A DNA stretch of 50,235 bases, from positions 1 to 50,235 of IMG/VR virus record IMGVR_UViG_3300036854_000038; one strand, written 5' to 3'. Position numbers and translations under genes: made by a program. Source of the stretch: a virus (Duplodnaviria > Caudoviricetes). Below the pieces are notes generated by a model. The model did no database searches. It saw only the letters and a list, made by a program, of their open reading frames with translations, and had not been told where the DNA came from. Positions 27,790 through 36,963 of this stretch are shown here, one piece after another. Every line of letters starts with the position of its first letter. Within the stretch, counting starts at the first letter, position 1.

Positions 27790-28047
27790 ATGCCCGAGAC
27801 CTACCCCGATGGCATCCCAATGGAGGCAATGACCGAACGTGACCCCGGCCTCGGCTCCAAACTCGCGGTCAACAGTGCAATCGCTTGCATGCGCGCGGTC
27901 GCCTACCACCGCGGCGCCGCCGAGACCTACGGGGCCGACACCACCAGCGGCGACAGCGGCATCCCGTCGCTGACACTGGCCGCGCAGTACACCGCCGAGG
28001 CGCAGGCGTGGGCGACCATCGCGCTCGCCATTCAGGCGGGACGCTAG
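27790..28047 (+). CDS. Hypothetical protein
   Basis: AAGGAGG RBS + ATG. Confidence 0.7.
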   Translation: MPETYPDGIPMEAMTERDPGLGSKLAVNSAIACMRAVAYHRGAAETYGADTTSGDSGIPSLTLAAQYTAEAQAWATIALAIQAGR

Positions 28048-28142
28048 CCGTGGCCATCGCCGGCCTTGCCCTCCAGGCCCTGCTGATCGTGGCGGTGGGG
28101 GCGCTGATCGTCCACAACGCCCGCATACCCCGCTGAGCCTCC

Positions 28143-28207
28143 GACCGGTAGGCGTCAAGGCTGTACTCGACGCCTACCGGTCAAGCATGTAAGGTCATGG
28201 CATGACA
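28143..28207 (+). promoter_or_regulatory. Hairpin plus promoter TCGACG-17-TAAGGT with two operators (leaderless)
   Basis: 14-bp inverted repeat 28143-28182; operators 28153-28172 and 28188-28207; ATG 6 nt after the -10. Confidence 0.75.
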
Positions 28208-28459
28208 ACCGTGGAGGAGGTGTGCCCGGTGGAGGTCATCGGACAGCCGGAGATCGCCAAGAAGTACGGTAAGACCCTGCAAACGGTGTGGCAGTGGCGC
28301 CGCCGCTACCCGGACTTCCCCGCCCCACTTCCCGGGCGGGTCGCCGGCGCGCCAGCGTTCAACGCGGCAGCCGTCGACCGGTGGTACACGGCCAAGTGGC
28401 CCGACCGACCCGCAGCGGCCGCCCACCGGGACGGCGATCAGGACGGAAGTAGGCCATGA
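28202..28459 (+). CDS. AlpA/Xis-like HTH regulator
   Basis: IGQPEIAKKYGKTLQTVWQWRRRYPDFPAP...F....VDRW. Confidence 0.8.
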   Translation: MTTVEEVCPVEVIGQPEIAKKYGKTLQTVWQWRRRYPDFPAPLPGRVAGAPAFNAAAVDRWYTAKWPDRPAAAAHRDGDQDGSRP

Positions 28460-28758
28460 GCGAGGGGCCCATCCGGTGCAGCGACGAATTGACCCGGCGC
28501 ATCCTAGAACACCATCGGCGGATCGGCGTAGCCCTTGGTGCGGCCGTCCAGCAGATGCAGCAGGACGGCCGCCGATTCCATGGCCGCATGGTCGAGGCGA
28601 CCCTGGCCGCAGAGCGCGCCCGGCTCCGAGCACTCCGCGATTACCGCATCGCCCACACACCACGGCTGCTGCGCCCGTTCGCGCGGGTGGTCGCGCACCT
28701 TGCCTACCAGATCACGCTGGCGTGGGAGGACCTACCGCCCGAGCGCAAACGTCGATAA
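28456..28758 (+). CDS. Hypothetical protein
   Basis: ATGA-coupled to the HTH gene. Confidence 0.5.
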   Translation: MSEGPIRCSDELTRRILEHHRRIGVALGAAVQQMQQDGRRFHGRMVEATLAAERARLRALRDYRIAHTPRLLRPFARVVAHLAYQITLAWEDLPPERKRR

Positions 28759-29115
28759 GCGAGCCCGGCTCAGCGCCGCTCCGGTCGGGTCGGGTTTGGC
28801 CGCGGTTTGAGCGCGGCGACCGCCGCGGCGGCAGGCACACCACGGAGGAACAGGGTGCAGACAGCGCACCGGTCGGCTGGTAGGTGATCGCCGGGCTGGA
28901 CAATGCCGGTGTCGTGCTCCAACCAGAGAATCCGGCGCCGCGGCTGGCCGCTCACGCCGGCCGCTGCTTGCGCGCGTCGTACCAGCGCCAGCCGGGAATG
29001 CCGTACGAGCGGCACGCGCCACACAGCGCCCAGCCGCACATCCCACTGGCGCAGTGCCGGCCGAGCTGACGCTGCCCACAGGAGGGACACTCGACCTCGG
29101 CGCGCGCGTCCCGGG

Positions 29116-29283
29116 TCAATCCTCTTCCTCGTAGTCCTCGCAGGGGCAGCCTTCGACGTCGCAGGGCGCGTAGCCCACAGCGTTCACGACGAGGGCGGGC
29201 GGGATGTTGTGCTGCCAGTCCGTATGACCACACCAGCGGCAAGGCCAGGTGTTGCCGATGCGCTCGGCGGTCGCCTCACTCAT
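29116..29283 (-). CDS. Small Cys/His-rich protein
   Basis: CRWCGH...H...CDVEGCPCEDY. Confidence 0.6.
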   Translation of the reverse strand: MSEATAERIGNTWPCRWCGHTDWQHNIPPALVVNAVGYAPCDVEGCPCEDYEEED

Positions 29284-29626
29284 CTGTCCCCTGACGGTTG
29301 GCGGCGTTCCAGTCGATGACCTCGGTGAGCGCGTCCATGGCCTGGCGGCGGCGGCGCAGCACGCCCCGGCCGACATCCTGGCGGGCGCCGAGGTAGCGGA
29401 CGGTGCGGGCCTCGACCTCGCGGAGCCGCTCCAGCTCCTCCCGGAGGGTGTTGGCGGTGATGTCGGACAGGAGCAGGCCGCTGGTGTGCAGCAGGCGCAA
29501 CTGCTCACGGAGCTGCTTGCCGTAGATGCTCGACCAGGGCAGGCCGAACAGGTCAAGGCAGCGGCCCAGCCAGTCGATGTCAGGGTTGTAGCCGGGCTGG
29601 TGGCCGCTGAGGGGCGGCTGGGTCAC
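29276..29626 (-). CDS. Hypothetical protein
   Basis: GTGA-coupled ORF. Confidence 0.55.
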   Translation of the reverse strand: MTQPPLSGHQPGYNPDIDWLGRCLDLFGLPWSSIYGKQLREQLRLLHTSGLLLSDITANTLREELERLREVEARTVRYLGARQDVGRGVLRRRRQAMDALTEVIDWNAANRQGTDE

Positions 29627-30003
29627 TGCTCGCGGCCTTCCAGGTCGGACGCGGCGCCGGCCCATGCGTTGCTGACGGTCTCGCTGAGGGGGCAGGGACC
29701 AGGCTGGTGGTAGCCGTCACACACCGGAGTCCGGATGTGCTGTGCGGCGTCGGCGTCGGCCTGGCCGGCGGTGGTGAGGCGGTAGCTGCGGGCGGCGGCG
29801 CGGACCTGCTCGAGGTCGTCGGCCCAGGCGTCCTCGCCGAGGCGGGGCTTGCCGTTCAAGCCGTTGACGTAGTCCTCGCGGAGGTTCTCCTCAAGGGCGT
29901 TGACGCGCCGTCCCAAGCCTCTGGCGTGCAGGACCAGCGGCACAACAGCGCCCAAGGCGACGAGGATGAGCACGAGCATGACGATCAGACCGGCGGCGAG
30001 CAT
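29623..30003 (-). CDS. Membrane-anchored hypothetical protein
   Basis: N-terminal TM helix; AGGAGG RBS. Confidence 0.65.
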   Translation of the reverse strand: MLAAGLIVMLVLILVALGAVVPLVLHARGLGRRVNALEENLREDYVNGLNGKPRLGEDAWADDLEQVRAAARSYRLTTAGQADADAAQHIRTPVCDGYHQPGPCPLSETVSNAWAGAASDLEGREQ

Positions 30004-30221
30004 TGGGCCTCCTGTGTCTGCTGGAGATGGTCGAGCTGGCGGGTGAACCGCTCACGGCGGCCGGTCTGCCAGTCGAAGGTGACGCCGGTCCCGCGGGCGA
30101 TCTTGGTGACGGTGGCGGGCGAGACGCCGAAGTGGCGGGCGATCTGATTGCGGATCGCGTCCGGCTGCCGACACGCCGCCGCGATCCGCTCGCACAGGTC
30201 CCGGGGGAGCGGGGCGGGCAT
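29985..30221 (-). CDS. HTH DNA-binding protein
   Basis: RNQIARHFGVSPATVTKIA. Confidence 0.75.
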   Translation of the reverse strand: MPAPLPRDLCERIAAACRQPDAIRNQIARHFGVSPATVTKIARGTGVTFDWQTGRRERFTRQLDHLQQTQEAQCSPPV

Positions 30222-30414
30222 CAGGCGGTCGCCTCGAAGGTGAGTTGCTGAGGACCTTTGCCATGCTGTTCGCGGCAATGCTGTTCGAAAGCGCGCTGTA
30301 GGCGGGCTTCATAGCCTCGCGCGTCGGCCGCATGCCAAAACCACCCGCAGCGGTTGCTGTCGGGGCACTCGAAGATCAGTGCAGGTGGCCACGGCTGGGA
30401 AGGGGTCTGTGGGG

Positions 30415-30879
30415 CTACCCGACCGGCAGAGTCCATTGGCGTTCCTTGTCGTCGGCGGCCGAGCCGGGAGCAGCCCCGGGGGGAGGCGCGCTCACCGGCC
30501 CGGCCTGGTGTGCCAGGGCCGCCCCCGCCGCGAGGCGGCCCTGGCTAGTGCTCCGCCCGAGAGTCGAACCCGGGTCCCGCCTGGCCTGGTGTCCGGCCGG
30601 CAGCGGGGCGCGCTCATGCGCCGAAGCTCCATCAAGGGCGGGGCAGGACCCCGGGTGCCAGTGCGGCGAGTCGCCCGGGAACAACTCCACCTCGGTGCCG
30701 TCGTCGAGCAGGACGACCAGCGCCGGGCCCGGCACAACCTCCAGGACCGTGCCGCGCTGGGTGACCTGCTGGTGCTGGGTGGGGGTGTAGCAGGAGGCGG
30801 TGTGGACTTCCACCAGGTCGCCGGGACGGTACAGAGCGCCATGCTGGCCCTGCCCGTCGTAGGTGCTCCTGATGCTCAT
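30415..30879 (-). CDS. Hypothetical protein (SH3-like N-terminus)
   Basis: YRPGDLVEV...RGTVLEV...VVLLDDG; C-terminal half is low complexity. Confidence 0.5.
   Translation of the reverse strand: MSIRSTYDGQGQHGALYRPGDLVEVHTASCYTPTQHQQVTQRGTVLEVVPGPALVVLLDDGTEVELFPGDSPHWHPGSCPALDGASAHERAPLPAGHQARRDPGSTLGRSTSQGRLAAGAALAHQAGPVSAPPPGAAPGSAADDKERQWTLPVG
30546..30644 (-). ncRNA. Degenerate tRNA-like element
   Basis: T-arm CCGGG-TTCGACT-CTCGG stacked on an acceptor-like stem GCCCCGC/GCGGAGC, 3' ACTA; non-canonical D and anticodon arms. Confidence 0.35.
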
Positions 30880-30933
30880 GCTGTCCCCCCGCCGCGTTTG
30901 ACCGGGCGATCATAACCGCTTGCTGACACAGTG

Positions 30934-31389
30934 TCATCCCGGAGTGTCGATGCGAGTGTCAGTCTGCGGGCGCGCTGAAATGCCCCGCCGTCGCGCGTGG
31001 CGGCCCCTGGAGCCGTTTTCAGCGTCCGGGGGTGCCTGTGTATGCCCTGGTGCTTCTGCGGCCGTCAGAACGGCTTGTACGGCCTCCAGGTCTCCCGGGC
31101 GCCACACATACACCTCGGCGCCGGCCGCCCGGAGCAGCCGCAGCCACTCCCGCTGGTCCGGCTGGAGCCGGCCGCCCTGCCGTTTGAGCTCGGCGAAGAC
31201 GACCCGGAAGACGCCCCGCTCACGGACCAGCACCAGGTCCGGGAAGCCGGGATGGCCCTGGATGGGCGTGGCCCACTTGCCGTTGCGGTTCATCGCCGCG
31301 CGGGCGTGGTGGACCCGCCAGCCGAGCATGCGCGCGAGCTGGACGACTTGGGCTTGCCAGGCCTTCTCACTCATCGCCGGCAGGCTCAC
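30934..31389 (-). CDS. VRR-NUC family nuclease
   Basis: SEKAWQAQV, GFPDLVLV, FAELK, Q..W, VWRP motifs. Confidence 0.9.
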   Translation of the reverse strand: MSLPAMSEKAWQAQVVQLARMLGWRVHHARAAMNRNGKWATPIQGHPGFPDLVLVRERGVFRVVFAELKRQGGRLQPDQREWLRLLRAAGAEVYVWRPGDLEAVQAVLTAAEAPGHTQAPPDAENGSRGRHARRRGISARPQTDTRIDTPG

Positions 31390-31814
31390 GCCTGCCTCCC
31401 GATGGCGGCGGTCAGCGCCGGCGCCTCGCCGTTGCGCTTGGAGCCGTGGGCGGCCAGGATGTCGATCGCCACGCGCACCGCCTCCAGCAGCCGGTCCTCC
31501 GCCAGCCCACGCTCCAGGCCGCGGCGGGTCTGGTCGACCGCCTCCAGCAGCTCTGCCTCCCGCGCCCGGGTGCGCCGCAGGGCGAAGTCGGCGGCGCGCT
31601 GGCGGTCCTCGGCCCGGGTGGCGCGTACCTTGGCCCGCTCCCGGTCGTGGCGCAGGCCACGGATGACCTCGTGGGCGTCGTGCAGCTTCGCCTCGGCCTG
31701 GGTCAGGCTGTCCAGCAGCGCGTCGCGCTCCATGGTGACCTGGCCGAGCGCGCGCGCCGCGTCGTCGCGTTCGCCGGCGACCTCGTGCACCCACTCGAAC
31801 GTTGCCCTATCCAT
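31386..31814 (-). CDS. Coiled-coil hypothetical protein
   Basis: Heptad-rich; coupled ORF. Confidence 0.65.
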   Translation of the reverse strand: MDRATFEWVHEVAGERDDAARALGQVTMERDALLDSLTQAEAKLHDAHEVIRGLRHDRERAKVRATRAEDRQRAADFALRRTRAREAELLEAVDQTRRGLERGLAEDRLLEAVRVAIDILAAHGSKRNGEAPALTAAIGRQA

Positions 31815-32496
31815 CGTGGTCGCTCCCTTCGGCGGGGATCAGCTGGAGCGCTGCACGGTGCATGGCCTCCAGCTCTCGGATTGCGCGTGGGCCCTCCTGC
31901 TCGGCCATGTCCGCCAGCAGCGGCAGGCCCGTGTCGATCGAGGCGAGGACCTCCGCGCGGGTGCTGGGGCGGCCCTCGGTGAACCACAGCGTCTGCGCCG
32001 GGTCGCCGATGCGGACGAGCATGCCGCCCTGCGGGTCGAAGATGAGCCGGAAGGTGCGGGTCACCCACACCAGCGCGACGCCGGGGTTGCGCTCGATCAT
32101 CACGCCGCCCGGCTTGACTGCGGCCTCGGGCTTGCCGGTCTCCCGGCGCCGCATCGCGGGGGTGGTGAGGAACGGGCAGGCCCGCGCGGACCAGGTGGCG
32201 CAGTCCCGGTGGGACGGCGGCTCGCTGCTGACGCGGTTGACCGCGCACATGGGCCCGATCACGAACGCCTTGTAGGCGCCGAGGCGTTCCCCGCACACCC
32301 AGCAGCGCTCCCCTTGGATGGCGTCCTCGAGTTTGCCGGAGCCGACGACGCGGAAGTCCGGCGTGCCGTTGCCGGCGGTGGTCTCGTTGCCGTCGTCGTC
32401 CAGCCAGGCGACGAACCAGGGCACCGGCCGGTGGTGGCGGTCGCGTGGCAGGCGGGCCATGCGGTCAGGCATCGGGCCGGGGTCGTTGGCGGTCAC
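31807..32496 (-). CDS. Zn-binding hypothetical protein
   Basis: PVPWFV...PDFR...CWVCG...EPPSHRDCA....ACPFL. Confidence 0.75.
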   Translation of the reverse strand: MTANDPGPMPDRMARLPRDRHHRPVPWFVAWLDDDGNETTAGNGTPDFRVVGSGKLEDAIQGERCWVCGERLGAYKAFVIGPMCAVNRVSSEPPSHRDCATWSARACPFLTTPAMRRRETGKPEAAVKPGGVMIERNPGVALVWVTRTFRLIFDPQGGMLVRIGDPAQTLWFTEGRPSTRAEVLASIDTGLPLLADMAEQEGPRAIRELEAMHRAALQLIPAEGSDHDG

Positions 32497-32762
32497 GATG
32501 CGCCTCCGATTCCGCAGCAGTCGGCGCAGCACACGCCGACGCCGCGCACGAAGCCGATCTGTTCGCCCTTCTCAACCCACCGGCCGCAGTCTTCAGCGCG
32601 GCACCAGGTCCGGTGGAACGCCTCCAGAACGTGGTAGGGCCGCAGCGCCGGCCGGGTGGGGAGGGCCTGCTCGAGCTCCCGGTGGCAGGCCGAGCAGGAC
32701 GTGGCCGGCCAGATCTCGTGCTTGCAGCGCTCCTGCGGCGGTGCGGCGGTGATCGTGGTCAT
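32493..32762 (-). CDS. Cys-rich hypothetical protein
   Basis: CKHE...CSAC...C...CG...CCADC. Confidence 0.65.
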   Translation of the reverse strand: MTTITAAPPQERCKHEIWPATSCSACHRELEQALPTRPALRPYHVLEAFHRTWCRAEDCGRWVEKGEQIGFVRGVGVCCADCCGIGGAS

Positions 32763-32808
32763 GACGCGCTCCTCTCAGCGCTTGGCGGTGGGATGAACCA
32801 GCGGCGCA

Positions 32809-33186
32809 TCAGTCAGCCCGCCAGCCAAAGCCCCCATCGGGGTTGTCCTCGTCCAGGTCCTCCTCATCGGGGTCGTCCTCGTACTCGGGGGCAGTGAGCT
32901 GGAGCGGTGAAGGCGGATACAGCAACCGCAGCACTTCCTCGCGCGAGTAGTAGGACAGCAGGTACAGGGCCGGCCCGCTCGGGTTGAAGGCGTACTCGCG
33001 GCGCAGCGTGATCCCGTCGGCCTCCGGGGTCTGCACCAGCAGCGCCCCGCTCAGCAGTTCGTCTTGGGCGATGCGGCCGGCGATCGTCTTGTGGCCCATG
33101 AGCTGGACGACGGCCCAGCGGCCGTCACGCGGCACAGCACGAGCCTCGTCGGCGGCGGTGTCGGCGATCGTGCTCTTGTCCCCCAT
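32809..33186 (-). CDS. Hypothetical protein with acidic tail
   Basis: WAVVQLMGH..IAGRI; AAGGGAG RBS. Confidence 0.7.
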   Translation of the reverse strand: MGDKSTIADTAADEARAVPRDGRWAVVQLMGHKTIAGRIAQDELLSGALLVQTPEADGITLRREYAFNPSGPALYLLSYYSREEVLRLLYPPSPLQLTAPEYEDDPDEEDLDEDNPDGGFGWRAD

Positions 33187-33188
33187 GG

Positions 33189-33680
33189 TCAGGCTCCCTT
33201 CGACGACTCCAGGGCTGGCCGGGCGGGCGGCGGGAGCTCCCGCTGGCTTGCGGCCATCTCGCGGCGGCGGCGCTGGAGGATGGACTGGTAGGCGTCCCGG
33301 AACTGCGCCCGGGTGGCAGCCGGGTTGGTGCTGGTGCGGATCTCGTACAGGCCGATGGTGCGGGCGGCCTGCTGGGCGGCCTCATGCGACCAGGGCCGGT
33401 CGGTGCCACCGGCGTGCTCCTCGGCCTCCGCCCAGGCGTCTTCCCAGCCGGGGGCCTGGTCACGCTGGTCGACGCAGCGCTGCCAGATGGTGGCGATCGA
33501 CGGCATGAACTCGCATTCGAGGGTGAGCGCGTCCACAACGGCGACGACCTCGGCCGGCTCGAACACGGCGAGACGCTTGGCGTAGGTGCGGCTGGTGCCG
33601 TCGATGGGTTTGGCGGCCGGCCAGGCCCTGAGCATGTCGGCCCAGATCGGGGCGAACCACGAATGGTCGCTGCGGTTCAT
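33189..33680 (-). CDS. Replicative helicase loader/inhibitor-like protein
   Basis: Directly after the initiator; FMPSIATI, EDAWAE, RAQFRDAY motifs. Confidence 0.65.
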   Translation of the reverse strand: MNRSDHSWFAPIWADMLRAWPAAKPIDGTSRTYAKRLAVFEPAEVVAVVDALTLECEFMPSIATIWQRCVDQRDQAPGWEDAWAEAEEHAGGTDRPWSHEAAQQAARTIGLYEIRTSTNPAATRAQFRDAYQSILQRRRREMAASQRELPPPARPALESSKGA

Positions 33681-34579
33681 GTGAGCAGCTCCTGGAGGCT
33701 GGCGAGGCGGCGCCGGTCGGCGTCGGTGAGTCGGTGGCCGTTGCGGCTGGCGCCGCGGGCGGCGGCGTCGATGAATGACAGCAGGGTTGCGGGGTGCTGG
33801 TTTGAGTGGTGCCATTCCCAGAGGCCGCGTTTGATGATCTCGGGGGGGTGGCTGGCCTCAAATGCGAGGCCGAGGTTTTTTGCGAGCTGGCCGATGGTGC
33901 GCCTGTCGAATCCGTTGACGCCGTTTTCGTGTCGCCAGTCGATATAGGCGGCCAGGACGGTCTGGGCTGTCTCCGGCTGGGGGCCGTCCTTGACGATCTC
34001 GGCGTCGATCGTCTCGGGGTCGTCGGCCGGAGGCGTCGGCGCAGCCGGCGCCGTAGGTAGTTCTTTGCTTTTAGGCTTTTCCCTTCTCTTCCTATTAGGC
34101 GAGTCCGGTGAGCGAGCCACTACGGGCTTGTGGCTCGGTGAGCGAGCCACTACTAGCGACTCGGTGAGCGAGCCACTAGCCGCTAGTGGCTCGGTGGGCG
34201 AGTCGCTACGGTCGGCGTCTAGTGGCTCGGTGAGCGAGCCGCTACGAGCTAGTGGCTCGGTGAGCGAGTCGCTAGCCTCTGTCTGTAGTGGCTCGGTGGG
34301 CGAGCCACTAGCGGGGTCCGGGACGAGGATGCGGTACGCCGTCGACCGTCGTCCGGCACCGGCCTCCAGCTTCTCCAATTCGCCACGAGCGATGAGTGAA
34401 TTCAGCGCCTCGTGCACCGTCGAGGTCGAAATACGCGCTTCCTTGGCCAGCCGCCGGCGGGACGCGGAGCATTCGCCGGTCTGCCTGTCGGCGCGAAATG
34501 CGATGACCACGAGTACCTTCCACGCCGCATCCGTCGAGGGGCTGTCCTCGACCACGTACTGCATCGCGGCGTAGTTCAC
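33677..34579 (-). CDS. Replication initiator (N-terminal winged HTH)
   Basis: VLVVIA..AD...C.AS...LAKEARIS.STV..AL..L...G.L; internal iterons. Confidence 0.85.
   Translation of the reverse strand: MNYAAMQYVVEDSPSTDAAWKVLVVIAFRADRQTGECSASRRRLAKEARISTSTVHEALNSLIARGELEKLEAGAGRRSTAYRILVPDPASGSPTEPLQTEASDSLTEPLARSGSLTEPLDADRSDSPTEPLAASGSLTESLVVARSPSHKPVVARSPDSPNRKRREKPKSKELPTAPAAPTPPADDPETIDAEIVKDGPQPETAQTVLAAYIDWRHENGVNGFDRRTIGQLAKNLGLAFEASHPPEIIKRGLWEWHHSNQHPATLLSFIDAAARGASRNGHRLTDADRRRLASLQELLT
34059..34310. repeat. Replication origin: seven 25-bp palindromic iterons plus an AT-rich tract
   Basis: TAGYGRCTCG-GTGRG-CGAGYCRCTA at 34154, 34184, 34220, 34250 and 34286, partial copies near 34101 and 34129; T-rich 34059-34097. 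Confidence 0.85.
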
Positions 34580-34707
34580 TCGGCGCTCCCCTTCCTGGAG
34601 GCGCCGACCCCGGGGTACAATGATCCCGAGTTGGACGGCTCCTCCCGTCCTCTGCGACCCGGCAGGCCCCGACAGCCGCCGGGTCGCTTCACGTTCGTAG
34701 GCGGATC

Positions 34708-35247
34708 TTAGCCGACTGCTGACGCTGTGTCAGCAGTAGTCGCAGCGGCAGTGTCAGGGTCGGCGAAGGTGGGATTCCACGCACGCAGGTGCGACCGCAC
34801 CAGCTGGTCGATCGGGCCTTCCCAGTCGGCCCGCTCGAGGCCTTCCACCAGCTCGGGGATCGCCGGGTGGGCCTGGGCGCGCACCAACCCCCGCGCAAGC
34901 GGGTCGCTGTCTTCGATGACGATCGGCTCAGGCGGGTCGTAGTCGTCCTCGTCGTCCTCTTCTGGCTCGCCGAGCACCACCCCGGCCTCATCGAACACAA
35001 CCAACTCGGGGGGCACCATCCTGGCCAGGCCGGGGCCACCGGTCAGGCCAACCTCGCGGAAGCTCTCAGGGTCCATGGGTTCCTCCTGGTCGAACAGGCG
35101 GCCCTGGCCGAGGCCTCGGCCGTGGTGGGCGCCCTCGCAGATACAGTCACAGTCCGGCCCGCGCGCCTGGTGGCAGCGCGCGTCACAGCGCCGCTCGCCG
35201 CCACCTGGGCCGCCGAGCGCGCCGCCAGCGCTGATCAGGGTGACCAT
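34708..35247 (-). CDS. Hypothetical protein (Cys-rich N-terminus)
   Basis: RCDARCH.A.GPDCDCICEG..HG. Confidence 0.6.
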   Translation of the reverse strand: MVTLISAGGALGGPGGGERRCDARCHQARGPDCDCICEGAHHGRGLGQGRLFDQEEPMDPESFREVGLTGGPGLARMVPPELVVFDEAGVVLGEPEEDDEDDYDPPEPIVIEDSDPLARGLVRAQAHPAIPELVEGLERADWEGPIDQLVRSHLRAWNPTFADPDTAAATTADTASAVG

Positions 35248-35582
35248 CGCTGTGGGGCCGGGGTGGTCGTGGTCGGGCCCGGCGGTGGCGGCGCGCCGGG
35301 GCGGCCCGACCCGGCAATGCCGAGGGCGGCCAGCAGCAGCGTGGCCACGACGACGAGGGCAACCCGGGCGGCCCCCCGCGCGAGGCGGCTACGCACCGGG
35401 CCCACCCGCCCGGCGGGCCTTGCGGCGCTCGTGGCGGCGACGCTCGTAGGCGGTCACGCAGCGCCTGGCGATCGCCGCGTACCGGGCGGTCACCTCGGCG
35501 GCGTTGTCCAGCCGCAACGCATCGACGACCCGCTGGCCGAGCTCGAAGCGGTCCAGGTGCACCCCTCGGATGTCAGCCGCCC

Positions 35583-36485
35583 TCACGCGACGACACCCCG
35601 CTGGAGCAGCTGCTCGCGCGCGTCGTGCATGCAGGTCGTCCAGTGCTGCATGTCCGGGTCGTTGTAGAGGTGGTGGTCACGGCCGAACCGCTGGAGCTTG
35701 GCGTTGCCCAGGGCGCGCTGGAAGGCCAGCGAGCAGGCTTCGGCGATTGCGCGTGCCTCGGCCAAGCTGCGGGAGTCAGGGCTGGGGAGTTGCCCGAGCC
35801 AGGCGATCGCCTCCGGGGTGGGCATGCCCTGGTCGATCATCGGCTCGGCCGAGACGACCTCGGCGTTTCCCGGCTCCGACCGGGCCGGCTGCTGGGCGGC
35901 CTTGGCGGCAGTGTCCGGGGTCTGTTGGGCGGGTACGGCCTGCTCAGCTTCGGCGTCCTGGTCGGGTTGGCCGTCCTCGTCCCGGCGTAGCTGGGTGTCG
36001 AGGAAGTAGTGCTCCTGCGCCCACAGGTGCAGCCCGAGGCCGAGACGCATGCAGCAGCGCTTGAGCGCATCCGAAGCCGCATCCTTGAGCCGGGCGCCGT
36101 CGTGGGGCCAGTTGTGGACGTCGCCGACGTCGCCGACCTCCTCGACCTCGACGCGCTGCCCGTCGACCGTGCAGGACAGCCGCCACACGCCGCCGACGAC
36201 GACGCTGTGGAGCGCCGGGGTGCCCTGCCGGGCCCGCCGGCTGCGGCCCTCCGAGTTGGGCGCGATTGCCGCGACGTCGCCGCGGACGACCTCGACCAAC
36301 TTGAAGTCGAACGGGCCGACAATGCTCAGCAGCCGCTGGTTGACGACGTGGTGGGCAACATAGTCGATGCCGTCCTTGCGCTCGATGAAACCATCGGGGA
36401 AGCGGCGGGCAAGCTGGCGGAGCTGCTCGCCTTCGCCAGCAGGAAGGATCTCGCCGCTGGCGGTGTCGACGCGCTGGCTGGTCAC
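35583..36485 (-). CDS. Rad52/Sak-like single-strand annealing protein
   Basis: DYV.H..V.QRL...G.F.F...KDAASDALKRC..RLGLGL.LW. Confidence 0.85.
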   Translation of the reverse strand: MTSQRVDTASGEILPAGEGEQLRQLARRFPDGFIERKDGIDYVAHHVVNQRLLSIVGPFDFKLVEVVRGDVAAIAPNSEGRSRRARQGTPALHSVVVGGVWRLSCTVDGQRVEVEEVGDVGDVHNWPHDGARLKDAASDALKRCCMRLGLGLHLWAQEHYFLDTQLRRDEDGQPDQDAEAEQAVPAQQTPDTAAKAAQQPARSEPGNAEVVSAEPMIDQGMPTPEAIAWLGQLPSPDSRSLAEARAIAEACSLAFQRALGNAKLQRFGRDHHLYNDPDMQHWTTCMHDAREQLLQRGVVA

Positions 36486-36724
36486 GGTGCCTCCCTGATG
36501 AGTTCGACCCGCCCGCCGCAGCGGGGGCAGGGCTTGGCGGTTCGGACCTCATGAACGGTGCGGCAGATCGCACATCCGGCCAGCGGATGCATCACGCTTG
36601 GCAGGGTCGGGGTCCGCGTACCCTTCCAGCCGCAGGGCTTCAGGCGGACATGGCTCAGATCCCGGGTACGGGTCGCCTCGCTCCAGAAGGGCGGATGTCC
36701 GGCGCACCGGACGTTGGCGGTCAC
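36482..36724 (-). CDS. Zinc-ribbon hypothetical protein
   Basis: PCGWKG.R...PCPRCGG. Confidence 0.6.
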   Translation of the reverse strand: MTANVRCAGHPPFWSEATRTRDLSHVRLKPCGWKGTRTPTLPSVMHPLAGCAICRTVHEVRTAKPCPRCGGRVELIREAP

Positions 36725-36963
36725 GGCAGCTCCTCCGGGTAGTGGGCGGCCTCGAGGAGGCGCTCCTCGCCCAGGCCGTCGTCGGGGATGTCGCCCAGGC
36801 CGAGCCGCTCCGACCGTTCGGCCTGCTCCCGCTCGTACTGGGAGCAGCCGGCCAACCAGCCCCGGGCGTAGTCGGACCCGGAGCCGGTGGGTGGCCGCCA
36901 GGTGTCACGGCCGGTGTAGCAGGCGGTCAGGGCGTCCTGGCGGCCCTGCTCATGCGGGATCAC
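36721..36963 (-). CDS. Hypothetical protein
   Basis: Coupled ORF; DYARGWLAG. Confidence 0.6.
   Translation of the reverse strand: MIPHEQGRQDALTACYTGRDTWRPPTGSGSDYARGWLAGCSQYEREQAERSERLGLGDIPDDGLGEERLLEAAHYPEELP

Noticed and set aside
34101-34310. Palindromic repeats as a CRISPR array
   Set aside because: Gaps between units are 11 bp or less, the repeats are in frame inside the initiator gene, and no cas genes are present
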